A stretch of DNA of 64,000 nucleotides, from NCBI RefSeq assembly GCF_006345805.1, contig NC_043017.1, positions 28,086,001 through 28,150,000 on the forward strand, read 5' to 3'. A model generated the notes under the pieces. It was not told where the DNA came from, made no database searches, and worked only from the letters and a program-made list of their open reading frames with translations. A program made the translations under genes and the position numbers. Shown here piece after piece: positions 1-11,808 of this stretch; the stretch's first letter is position 1; every line of letters starts with the position of its first letter. This DNA is from Octopus sinensis. Taxonomy: Eukaryota.

Positions 1-236
1 GTTCAATAATTTCATTGTCATGACGTTTATTAACTTACTTATATTTGTTAAAACCTTATTTATTAATTGTGCATGTATTAGATATATATACATACATACA
101 TACATACATATATACATACATATATATATATATATACATATATATATCTATATAAGCTGCATAATCTATTTCGTATTTATCATTTAAATTGCATTATTTA
201 TAATTTATTCCAGTTATAAACACACATCTGCATACA

Positions 237-312
<76 letters not shown>

Positions 313-2585
313 ATACGTTGAAGACAGGGAGAGAGAGAGAGATACAATGAAAGAGAATACGTGAGAAGGTGAGAGGGGTATCCCGTATTCGTAGTACTAT
401 TTTCAAAGATTATACTACTGATCGAATTGCTGTTTCAGGAAGTTTACGATGTCCTAAAAACCTATCCAACATTTTCTGCTGATAAAGGAATGAGTACAGA
501 GACTGCACCCTGTGCCCGAGGAAAGAGATTTTGTAATACATCAGCAACAGATCTGCAAAGCCATGTGCTGTTATTGCTGCTGGAGTTATTACCATGTCCT
601 GAATGTTTAAAGCAGGTTATTCACATTTGAAACAGCCTCCACAAGCGTCTCCGCTGAAAGGGAAAGGATTCGTGAAGCAGATGCCAGCTTCCTCTCTCTG
701 AGCCTACCGGCAATAGCACAAATCTAGTACCTGAAAGTCGGCTTGCGAAAGCAGCCGAAGGTTACAGAAGCGATAATGTTACGTCGCTAAACCGAGTAAA
801 CGTAGAGATTGCGGAAGTATCCGGGTGGGTGGTTCACGTAGAAGTCTCCATTCCAAGGAAGCAATGTACTGAAGAGTACATGAGATGACGGCGCTCAAAT
901 TTGTAGAGCTGGTGGAAATATATCGAAACAAAGTGTGCCAAGCTGAGTTTTCCCCGAATGATGTGGAATGCATGTAACTTACAAGTCAATTCACTCTTCA
1001 TGGCATACGTTATGCTGGATATACCACGGATCAGTATGTGATATACCATGACGCTAATTCCGAAAGCAGAAAAGGTTACCTTGATGTTGTTGTGGATTAG
1101 AAGGCGTGAACCATTGGAAGATCATTGCTATCTGGAGTAGCTCGAACGTGACACAATTTGGGAGTTGATCAACTCTTGTTGGAACGTGTGGAGAAGATTG
1201 TCTGATTATTAAAAGACCCAAAGTATTCAACGACCCCTTCAACCCACCCCAGGAAGCATTGCTTATGATATAAGCCAGATGAATCGCAGTAAGATTTATG
1301 AAAATACAACCCCCACACAAACACCCACCCACTCATTCAGATATACATACACACATACAGACACACACACACACATAGAGAGAGGAAATCTAAGTCGTAT
1401 ACTTCTCTTGACATATATGAATAGGTATGTACAATGAGTGCCTAGATCGGTTTACCACTAAATCTTCGGCTTGAAGTGCAAAGGGAATTCCTCGATTAAA
1501 GATCTCTGTTTCTATATCGCTTTACCTCGTCTTTCTGATGACGAAATACTTGGATTATGTGAATTCGTTACACATTAGCATGGTCTACTTGCCTAGGTAT
1601 TCCAGGAACCCCTATAAGAGACTTTACCCACCTGTCATGAGAGTTCTATGCTTAAGTTTTACTTTATTCTTACTTTTTACTGTAAATATTCTCCAGTGAC
1701 TCCAAATGCTTTGCTTGTCCATCTCCAACTTTTTTATCTATCTTTCTGTCCTTCTGTCCCGTCCATCCATCTGTCTGTCTACCTATCTATCTATCAGTCT
1801 ATCTATCTATCTATTTATTTATCTATATATCTATAAATTAAATAAGGGTAGAAATTGATATTAATCAATTAAAATCAGCAGCTTCGCATATTTTTAAAAA
1901 TCCAAATATTAAAAATTATATTACATACAAAATTAAGAGGAATGACCGGCAAAGTAGACTCCTAATATGACGTCTATCTTTAGCCTTATTAGGAGTCCAC
2001 CTTAGTGGTCACTCCTCTTAGTTTTGTATGTGTTTGTGTGTGTGTGTATGCGATAATATATATTTACTCAGACAGGCACAGGATTAATTGTTGTACTTGA
2101 AACACAACGTATTTGCTTCTGATATTAGTTCTCTTGACAGATCTGATTCCACAAATTCCACAGGCCATACTAAAGTCAATACGTTCCGTTATATTGCCTC
2201 TCTTACTACTGTCTATAGAAATTACTCACTAGCTGCATCGACCATATTCGACGTACTTTCACATGAATGTGAATGGAAAATCATCGAGATAGGATATAAG
2301 TTGTTTTAACTTTAAATTCGAACCTTGACGTCGAAGCTTTTTCTGTAATTTTTACTAGTATGAATGTGTGTGTGTGTGTGTGTAACAATATCACAGTACC
2401 AAATATAACCGAATGACAATAAGCCAATAAGCAGTGTAACAAATATTGGTTATTTGGTTATTTTAATACAAACGTTCGCACAATAGCAATCCAATACTCC
2501 AGCGTAGAATCAATAAGAGGATAACGCTCTCACAGTTTGACCTGAGCTCTCTACTGGCTCATTAATTATATGTGTGTGAGTGTAA

Positions 2586-2815
2586 GGCGGCGAACTGGCA
2601 GAAACGTTAGCGCGCCGGGCGAAATGCGTAGCCGTATTTCGTCTGCCGTTACGTTCTGGGTTCAAATTCCGCCGAGGTCGACTTTGCCATTTATCCTTTC
2701 GGGGTCGATAAATTAAGTACCAGTTACGCACTGGGGTCGATGTAATTGAATTAATCCGTTTGTCTGTCCTGTTTGTCCCCTCTGTGTTTAGACCCTCGTG
2801 GGTAGTAAAGAAATA
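2586..2815 (+). mobile_element. SINE family B, single unit
   Basis: Head GGCGGCGAACTGGCAGAAACGTTAGC, core GAGGTCGACTTTGCC..CCTTTCGGGGTCGATAAATTAAGTACCAG, tail ending GGGTAGTAAAGAAATA. The same sequence recurs at several loci in the window. Confidence 0.85.
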
Positions 2816-3419
2816 TATGAGTGTGTGTGTGTGTCTGTCTGTCTGTCTGTCAGTCTATATGTATGTCTGTCTGTCAGTCTATCTAAACAAAGTAATTGAG
2901 ATTCAGATGAATTAGGTACCTAAGTTGAGGCACGAAAACTTAGTGCATTATTATCCGTACAATTTCAAAATAAGGTGTATAAAATCAAAATACGCAGCTG
3001 AATATCCAGATATCATGTAGTACGACCGTTTCAAGCGGCTCCATTTAAAGGAACGCTGCAATCATTACATCAATTTAAATGCAGAGCTATCCTCAGTCCC
3101 TTTAACTGCTAATTAACATCTTAATTTAATGATCTTCCTTTACCAGACCTCATTATAGCCAGTTACTTTATGCTACTTCAAAATAATCTTGACAAGTTTT
3201 ATAACTATAGCCTCTATGATTCTGTCAACTCTCTCATGCCTTTCCCTAAAAGACACTGATCTATAGTCTTAGATTTTGATATACAAAATTTGGTCATTTT
3301 GGGGTTGGGTTAAATATATATACAAAAACTCAAACGCTAAAATAGTGAGATGAAATATGTACAGTGAGGTATATGTGATCATGAATTGAAATATATACTA
3401 AGACCAAAGTTAGATATGT

Positions 3420-5015
3420 GTTTATATTTAGGCATGTTTTGTCTTTTTCGATAACCAAATTTTCTTTATTTAAACATTCTTGTACAGAAATTGCTTCTTT
3501 GTACTGGGAGATGGGGGAAAACTGTGAAATTTGCTTGGATGTTCTCTGCACATTTGTTTGTGTGTTCACTCAAAGGTATCTGTCTATACTTAGGGAAAGG
3601 ATTCTCTTCCTTATGTATTGTCGTTCTCCATCAAAATGCCATGCTTGTCTGCCCTATATTATTATGTCCACAATCTGAACAAGATATTACATAAATTAAA
3701 TTCTCAGCTGCAGAAGTGAAGTTGATCACAATTGGCAACATCTCTCCTTGTTTGAACTAGAATAAAGAGACTTCCAGTAGGTTAGAGAAAATTCCTCAAT
3801 TTGGATTCCGTATTTTTAGCCTATGGTTTCGTGGTTGTTCTATAATGCTTCGCATTTGTCAGAAGTCTTTTCAGCAAATCTTTACATTAATGAATTTGTC
3901 TTCAGAATGTTGTTCATTTTTGGATCCCTACTGATAATAGTGCTGTATGCCTCAATGATTTTAGGGTTGTTATTTAATATATATAGTAGTATTTTGAGAA
4001 GGGGTATGGTGTTTCGTCTTGTTTCCCTTGGAGTTTTAATGCCTGTTTTCTTAGCACGTGTAATTCCATCATTTATAAGTGAGGGTGGAGAGTGTCTCTC
4101 AGTTAGTGTTGTTCTGAGGTCTTGAAACGGATGTCCCGATTATATCCATCAGACAGTGTTGTGCAAATACTGTTCGCTAAATTAAATAAAATATTTCTTT
4201 TGATGTATTTCGGTTGGCGTGACCTAAACAAGGGATGTTACTTCGAGTCCGTTGGTTTATGATTAAAGCCAGTTACGATTTGGTTGTTGAACTTTTTTTT
4301 ATCAGAATATCAAAGAAAGGGAGCTGTTCTTTGCTGTATTCCATCGTAAACTGAATAGCAGAGTTTATAGTATTTAGTATTGATGAAATTCTAAATGCTT
4401 ATAAATGGTCTCATTGCAAATGCTAAAGCAGCCATCCAGATATCTTTTATAGTTCTTTCTTATATAATAGTGAAGTGGATATCCATATTTTTCCAATGAC
4501 ACTTCATAAATAGTGAAATGAAAATATTCCAATATTAAGTTCGCAAAAACAGGGTCTGCGTTTGTTCCCATCGCAATTCCACATGTTTGGCGATAGTAGT
4601 TGTCATCAAATAGGAAATAAACGTTTTGAAGTTTAAATTTTAAAGTTTCAATAAAGAAAACCTGGTTTATGCGTTCCGGAAGTTTTTCGGGATACTTTTC
4701 CAGCAAGAATATTATTGCTTCTATTTCATAGTCATGTTGAATATTGGTGTAAAGATTAATAATATCCAAGGAAATCAATAAGGTATTTCTTCATTAGTTG
4801 TTTTTGGTAGGTGCTTAAGCATAGATCGTCTCTAAGGAAACAGGAAACTTTTGATGTATTTCAGCAAGGGTTTCAGTAGGATGTGTAGAAAATTGCTTAG
4901 GCGTCGGGTCGTGTTTCACAGGCTGGGTCAACTATAACAGGTTTCAAATGTAAATCATGTAGCGCTGGGATATTTACGTATTTTTCTGGTGATTGGTTGC
5001 AGGCTTCATTAATTA
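3420..5015 (-). mobile_element. Degenerate Penelope-like retroelement (RT plus GIY-YIG endonuclease)
   Basis: Minus-strand ORF 4374-4778 has Penelope RT motifs (ISLDIINLYTNI; YFLFDDNYYRQTCGIAMGT; RYLDG). Upstream, LKPVI...RRLSNFLHILLKPLL can be read across frameshifts. Near 3645-3702, NLIYVISCSDCGHNNIGQT is GIY-YIG-like, followed by EH...E..VI...LN. There are multiple stops and frameshifts. Confidence 0.85.
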
Positions 5016-5019
5016 TCTT

Positions 5020-5172
5020 GACAGGCGTGTTTCAGTTTCCGTCTACGAAATCCACTCACAAGGCTTTGATTGGTCCGAGGCTTTAATAGCAGACACTTGA
5101 CACGCAACGGGACTGAACCTGGAACCATGTGGTTGGGAAGCAAGCTTCTTACCACACAGCCACGCCTGCGCC
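5020..5172 (-). mobile_element. SINE family A, 5' half
   Basis: Reverse complement reads GGCGCAGGCGTGGCTGTGTGGTAAGAAGCTTGC..GGTTCAGTCCC, a tRNA-like head with A/B boxes. Confidence 0.8.
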
Positions 5173-6419
5173 TATATATTTATAAAGCACGTAGCTTTAT
5201 CATTATTAAATTTATATTGCTTTTAAATACATCTGATTGTAATAAAGTAATGATAAAAATGGATTTCTTGTTTAATAAGGTGAACTTAAAATTTAGGATA
5301 CGTATTGTTTCAATTCTAACTTCAAATTTTTCCGAGAACAGCTTCCCATTTTGTTTCATGCAAAACTTCAGTGCTATTTATGTATTGGGATGTTTTGTAA
5401 GTTAGTACTCATTATCTCAAATGCCACACTTGTAATCAGAATACCTGCGGCTTTGCAAGCAGTTAAAAGAATAATGAATAATTTTTTAAAAAGCACGTTC
5501 TGAAAAACCACAAAAAAATATCCACGAATATTCTATTTATAAAATATGACGTTATTGTAACACTTTTTATTTCGTTTGGTCTTTCATCTGCAATGATTTT
5601 CAGCGTTGTTAAATGCAATAATTTCTATAACCACCATCGCAAAGTCAAACTTCACATAAACCGTCTACCACCACTCGTACCCTTGCAAGCTCCTGTTATT
5701 TAGAATTATGGAAATGTAGGTGAAGGTTATGCCAGTACTGCTTTTCTTGGTCGATATTCGACAATCCGTTAGCACCCTGCATTGCTATTTAATACCGACA
5801 TGAAAAGCAAACAAACAAAAACAGAATAGAAGACAGAAAGAATAAAAAATAAATGCAAATAAATATAGAAAACAAACGAAATAAAACAGCAGCCAAGACG
5901 ACATTCTTGTAAAAGAAAATTAAAGAAAAATCAAACTGCTGAACGTTTGTCATCCAGATTAAACATTAAGAATTAATTCAGTATCATAGAATAAGAAAAG
6001 ACGCACAGAGAATTTCATTCTAGTTTAACTTTTTCTCGAAATTTCTCACTTCCCTTTTATTTTCTTTTAAAATATTTATCACCGTAAGAATCTCAGCATG
6101 ATTCGTGGTGAGTATCGAATCGGGGAGGAAATCTATATATTGATTCGTAATAGATGCAAGAGCGAAAAGAATCATTCGACGTACAGGAACGGAGACGAAA
6201 TTTTCCAAGAAACCATTCGTACACAAACGTACAGTGAGGGAAAGTGAGAGGGAGGGAGGGGGATATAAAGACAGAGATAAAAAGAGAGATAGACAGAAAG
6301 ACAGACAGACAGAAAGGGAGGGGAGAGACATGCATAAACTCTCTGGCATTTGCAACAGTTGCACCTACATGCACACCATATATATATGCTCGCAAATTTG
6401 CAGATAATGTGTGTGTTTG

Positions 6420-6733
6420 AGCTTTCATATATATACATACATATACACATATATGCATTTATATGTATATATATATATATGTATATATGCATTTATATGT
6501 ATATATATGCATATATATTATATGTACCCACACATATATATGTATATATATGTATGCATATATGTACATATATGCATATACATGTATACATACATACATA
6601 TATGTACATATATGCATATACATGTATACATACATACATATATGTACATATATGCATATACATGTATACATACATACATATATGTACATATATGCATATA
6701 CATGTATACATACATACATACATACATACATAT

Positions 6734-6784
<51 letters not shown>
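6420..6784. repeat. Compound TA/CA microsatellite including 4 perfect 40-bp units (6561-6720)
   Basis: Unit tatgtacatatatgcatatacatgtatacatacatacata starts at 6561, 6601, 6641 and 6681, followed by (TA)n. Confidence 0.9.
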
Positions 6785-6785
<1 letters not shown>

Positions 6786-7078
6786 GCACATGGCCTAGTG
6801 GTTAAAGTATTGCACTGATGATCGTGATATCGTCGCCTCGATCCCTAGACAGTGTGTTGTGTTCTTGAGGGGAAACACTTTATTTCAAATTGCCCTGCCC
6901 TACAATTCATTTTATCATGTGACGCGTTGCACACTTGTACAGGCAGATTCAATGTAACAGAAGTTTGCTCTGATAGAATATTGTCTTCTGAGTGCCTTAT
7001 GTTATATCTGAAGACCAAATTAAACCATATTATAACATCATTACTACAAGAACAGAAATATTATACCAAAAAAAATTT

Positions 7079-7481
7079 CGTGTGGTAAGTAGCTTGCCTA
7101 CCAACCACATGGTTCTGGGTTCAGTCCCACTGCGTGGCATCTTGGGCAAGTGTCTTCTGCTATAGCCTTGGTTCGACCAAAGCCTTGTGAGTGGATTTGG
7201 TAGACGGAAACTGAAAGAAGCATGTCGTATATATGTATATATGTATGTATGTATGTGTATGTATATGCTTGTGTGTCTGTGTTTGTCCCTCTAGCATTGC
7301 TTGACAACCGATGCTGGTGTGTTTACGTCCCCGTCACTTAGCGGTTCGGCAAAAGAGACCGATAGAATAAGTACTGGACTTACAAAGAATAAGTCCCGGG
7401 GTCGACTCGCTCGACTAAAGGCGGTGATCCATCATGGCTGCAGTCAAATGACTGAAAGAAGTAAAAGAGTAAAAGAGAGAG
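7079..7481 (+). mobile_element. SINE family A
   Basis: TGTGGTAAGTAGCTTGC...GGATTTGGTAGACGGAAACTGAAAGAAGC, internal TA/TG tract, CTTAGCGGTTCGGCAAAAGAGACCGATAGAATAAGTAC, and a (GTAAAAGA)n tail. Confidence 0.88.
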
Positions 7482-8029
7482 AGATAAAAACATTCAAATG
7501 AATATCATACGTACCTTATAAACATAGTGTTTAATAGAAGATTGGGTCTGAAGAAGTAAGAATAATTGATATATTGCATATCAAACAGAAAATTGATCAA
7601 GGGCAAATGAGATGAGGTGTCCACGAACTCATTTAATAGGAAATTAATTACGAGGAATGAGAAATTGTATATTTCTTGGCGTGACGAAAAGCGAATGATA
7701 ATTACGAGGTGTTACGAGACGTACAGGTGTAACACTGCTCACCTCTCGTTCTATTTGCCTCACAGTCTTATTATTCTACAACCAGTTCTGTACCTTACTT
7801 AACTGCGAGGTGTTTAGGTCTAGGCCATAAGAACTGTCACAATATTTCATAATAGGGCACATAAAAAGTATCTTCCCATTATAATCCATTATCATCTACG
7901 ACTGATCGTAAAACTTTGTTGAAGTTATTATCGTTTTTTTTTCATAGATGAAAGTTGGCGACAAAAGTCTAAATTGACTCTCCATTGCATAAATCTCTGT
8001 CGTATCAAGTTCTGCTTAATGATCACCCG

Positions 8030-8109
8030 TTATGTGTGTGTATGCTTGACAGATATATATATGTATATGTATGTGTATTTATATATATATGTATGTATGT
8101 ATATATATG

Positions 8110-8140
<31 letters not shown>

Positions 8141-8297
8141 ATATGTATGTGTATATATGTATATATGTATGTGTATATATGTATATATGTATGTGTATAT
8201 ATGTGTTCATATATATATATGTATATGTTTATATATATATGTATGTATGTATATATATATATATGTATGTATATATATATATATATGTATGTGTATG

Positions 8298-8328
<31 letters not shown>

Positions 8329-8614
8329 ATATATATATATGTATGTGTATGTATATATATATGTATGTATATATATATATATATATGTACATATATATAT
8401 ATATGTATGTGTATATATGTGCTTATATATATGTATGTGTATGTGTATATATATGTATATATATATATACATACACACACAAATGGACACATAACCACGC
8501 CCACATACACACAAAAGTACACACACATGTATGTATATAATCTTCGTATAGGTATACGCATGCATTTATATACGTATATGTGTGTATGCATAACACACAC
8601 ACACTCTCACACAC

Positions 8615-8658
<44 letters not shown>

Positions 8659-8715
8659 GGAACAGAGAGAGGTGATAAATAATTGTTACAGACACACACA
8701 CACACACACACATAT
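8030..8715. repeat. Compound (TA/TG)n, (CA)n and (GATA)n microsatellite
   Basis: Directly visible low-complexity tract that produces the Y/I/M/C-rich spurious ORFs. Confidence 0.9.
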
Positions 8716-9548
8716 ATATTATGTTATATTTTCAAACCCATCCACATACATTTATCGCGTCCGTGTATACGTATGCATGCATTTATATATTTTACACACC
8801 CACGTATCTATAAGCATTACGAGTGTGTCGGTGTATATATGCGTCCATTCTTATGTGCAGCTGTAAGAAATAGTTGTGTCCATTGGATAACCATTGTATC
8901 TAAGTGAACAAATGTATCTAAAAACGCAAAACATTCAACATAACACTACATATGCGCATAAAATATACATGTACACACGTTACATCATGTTTGATCTTTT
9001 ACTTTAACACATTTCGCTTTATATTGTTTTTGATCTCTTCTTTCTTGATGTATAAATACGTAAAACTTCAAACACGTTACGTAGCTCATCATTTTGATGT
9101 TCGAAGTTGGCATCGGGATCTGTAGATGGGCGGACATACTTTAAAGTGATGTTCAGTTACGTCTCTTTAAGTTTTACTTTCGAAACCACTCTGGGCGATT
9201 TTTTTCCCTTGATCCTGCAAGGAAATGTTTTATTTTTTTTTGTGAAACACAATGGTCGATTTAATCGACCCTATATATAAAAAAACAAAACAATTTATTG
9301 TAAGGAATTACAATTATTTTCTTTATAAAAGAACGAGAATCGAAATAACAGAATACGTATAACCGCCACGAAAATGTGTTTCAGCGGGGCTTTACGATCC
9401 AATTTCTAATCCCATGTTTTGTTAAAGTACCAGCAACACACTGAGGATTACGTAGTTGAAATTTACCAAATAATAATAATAATAATAATAATAATAAACA
9501 AAACAAAACAAAACAAAAGACGAAGGTGGGTGTGTAAACAACAATCAG

Positions 9549-9780
9549 CATCATCATTGTTCGACCGTGGTCGAGACAATGGAATTTACCATGCTACGCC
9601 AGACTTCACGGTCCATCATGGCATTACGGAGGTCCTGTTGCTGGATGCCTGTATCCCTGGAGATTACATCAGGGTAGGAGAGTGTGCGCCCTCTGGTATT
9701 GCGAGTAGATGGCTTCCAGAGGAGAAGAGTAGAAATTACTTCTTTTTCAGCTCTACAACAATGTCCAGCAAACTGGACAC
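9549..9780 (-). mobile_element. 3' fragment of an RTE-clade LINE
   Basis: Minus strand reads open as VQFAGHCCRAEKEVISTLLLWKPSTRNTRGRTLSYPDVISRDTGIQQQDLRNAMMDREVWRSMVNSIVSTTVEQ, then a (TGA)n tail. This fits the RTE C-terminus (FAGH..R; DR..WR). Confidence 0.85.
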
Positions 9781-9949
9781 AAACAGATGTATTAGTTTAA
9801 CGCTGGGAAGTGAGAAAGTCGTTTACGTTTCGAACCTTCGCTCTTCAACAGAAAGGAACACAGAAATAAGCAGAGAGAGACTATACGTCTGCCCCAAACT
9901 TGAGTTATTATGGCTATTTGATTTGCTATATATTGCTTATATATTGTTA

Positions 9950-10335
9950 CTAGCAGTATCGCCCGGCGTTGCTCGGGTTTGTAAGGGAAATAACTATATA
10001 AGCATTTTTAGAGATGTAAATTATAATAGCCATCTCAATATGGCTAACCACAAAGGGGGGGGGGGTACTGTAGCTTTTTACGTTCTGAGATTTAATAATA
10101 AATTTTTAGAGAGTTACTTCACTTATATATGCCAAAAATGCATTAAAAATGGGAAAAATTGATGGTAAATTATTTTTTAAATCGTACACACGCGCTAATA
10201 CCCAGAAGGGCTCGATATGAATCACGACTATAAGATACCCGGTTTTGGTTAAACTGCACCGCAAAATGCGGGAGTAGTTAGGAATCTAAATCGTAGGAGA
10301 CAGACAGCACACAACCTCACTTTTATATATAAAGA
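9950..10335 (-). mobile_element. Non-autonomous Helitron, copy A (386 bp)
   Basis: On the minus strand it starts with TC (10335-10334) and ends with a CCCG-AGCAACGC-CGGG hairpin about 8 nt before the terminal CTAG (9953-9950), followed by T. Confidence 0.85.
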
Positions 10336-10851
10336 CTAGCAGTGTCGCCCGGCGTTGCTCGGGTTTGTAAGGGAAATAACTATATAAGCATTTTTAGAGA
10401 GTTACTTCCTTTATAGATGCCAATTCGGGCTTTCTTAGCCATTTCTGTTTTGGTGTCTTCAAGCCATGAAGTCGTTGTTCTAAAAGAACGCTGGTCTCCT
10501 TGACAACGCATTACGACGTTGATTTCCTTAAACTCCCTTCCCCACAGCTTCACGAGGGAGGGAAGAAGGGGGAGAAGCAAACACAGGTGCAGGTGTTTGA
10601 GCGTGGACGCCAACTCCGCCGCCATCGACACACGAAAAATTATGCATTAAAATGGAATAAAAAATGATGTTAAATTATTTTTAAAATCGTAGACTCATCG
10701 TAGACGCGCGCTAATACCCAGAAGGGCTCGATATGAATCACGACTATAAGATACCCGGTTTTGGTTAAACTGCACCACAAAATGCGGGAGTAGTTAGGAA
10801 TCTAAATCGTAGGAGACAGACAGCACACAACCTCACTTTTATATATATAGA
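10336..10851 (-). mobile_element. Non-autonomous Helitron, copy B (516 bp)
   Basis: Same termini as copy A (A|TC at 10851; hairpin plus CTAG at 10339-10336), but a different internal segment at about 10400-10630. Confidence 0.85.
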
Positions 10852-10867
10852 TATATTGGACTGCGAA

Positions 10868-11060
10868 CATACTGGGGCACCGCCGCGGAGGGTTTTGTCG
10901 AACAAATCATCTCCTATACTTGAGTATCTTCTAAAGTCTGGTACCTGTTCTATCATTATCTTTTGGTGAATCGCTAAGTTACGGGGATGTATACGAACTA
11001 ACAGTTTTTGAGAAGCCGTGTAAGGCGACACAGACACAATGACACACACAAGCACTTAAT
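10868..11060 (-). mobile_element. Degenerate SINE family A, 3' half
   Basis: CATACTGGGGCACCGCC and CGCTAAGTTACGGGGA correspond to the reverse complement of the family A tail. Confidence 0.6.
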
Positions 11061-11808
11061 TAACGCAGAAGGCGTTAATCGGGGGATTAAGCCCACAACC
11101 TAGTATTTTCACATAAACTAATTTTACTAATAATTAAAAATCAATTCCTCTAATATATCCAACATTCAAAACAAATATCAATAAATGAATAATATGTAAT
11201 ACTAATAATAAATTTTCATTCCTCTTACTCACATTTAAAACATTCATAAACCTTATCATCTGGCCATGATCTACCGTAACATGAAAAATAAAATTATATA
11301 ACCCTCCCATAAATACTATCATTAAAACAAAAAATAATTATTATCTATATATATATATATAGAAATATATAACAATTTCGCTAACCAAATTAATAAATGG
11401 AGGAGCTCCCATATTACAAATACATAACAAAAACATCAATAAACTCATTATAGGATTATAATTAATTATTCCTCCACATAAAAATAATCTTCGACAAATA
11501 CCTTATGCTAAAAATAAACGGGGGTATTTAGGGAACGGCTTTTTTTTACCTCCTCATTTACTTTGCAGCTGAAGTGAAATTCGTTTTTCATTATTGACAA
11601 AACGATAAAAAAGAAATGAAAGATGCGATTCGATGGGGTTTGTTTAATTGGTGGTATACGGCAGTGGTGCGAATATTTATGTTCGAAATCAGTATTTTAA
11701 TAATAGACAAGAAGAATACGGTATTTTGTGAATACGGTCTCTTTTCCTCCTGAGTTAAAAATCACTCAAGTTTCGTCTATACCTTCTATTCTTTCGACTG
11801 AAAAAATT

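Noticed and set aside
3823-4125. Hydrophobic 100-aa + strand ORF resembling a membrane protein
   Set aside because: It is the antisense of the Penelope coding region.
9419-10162. 247-aa + strand ORF
   Set aside because: It runs through a (TAA)n tract, the antisense of an RTE fragment and a Helitron. The meaningful frame is on the minus strand.
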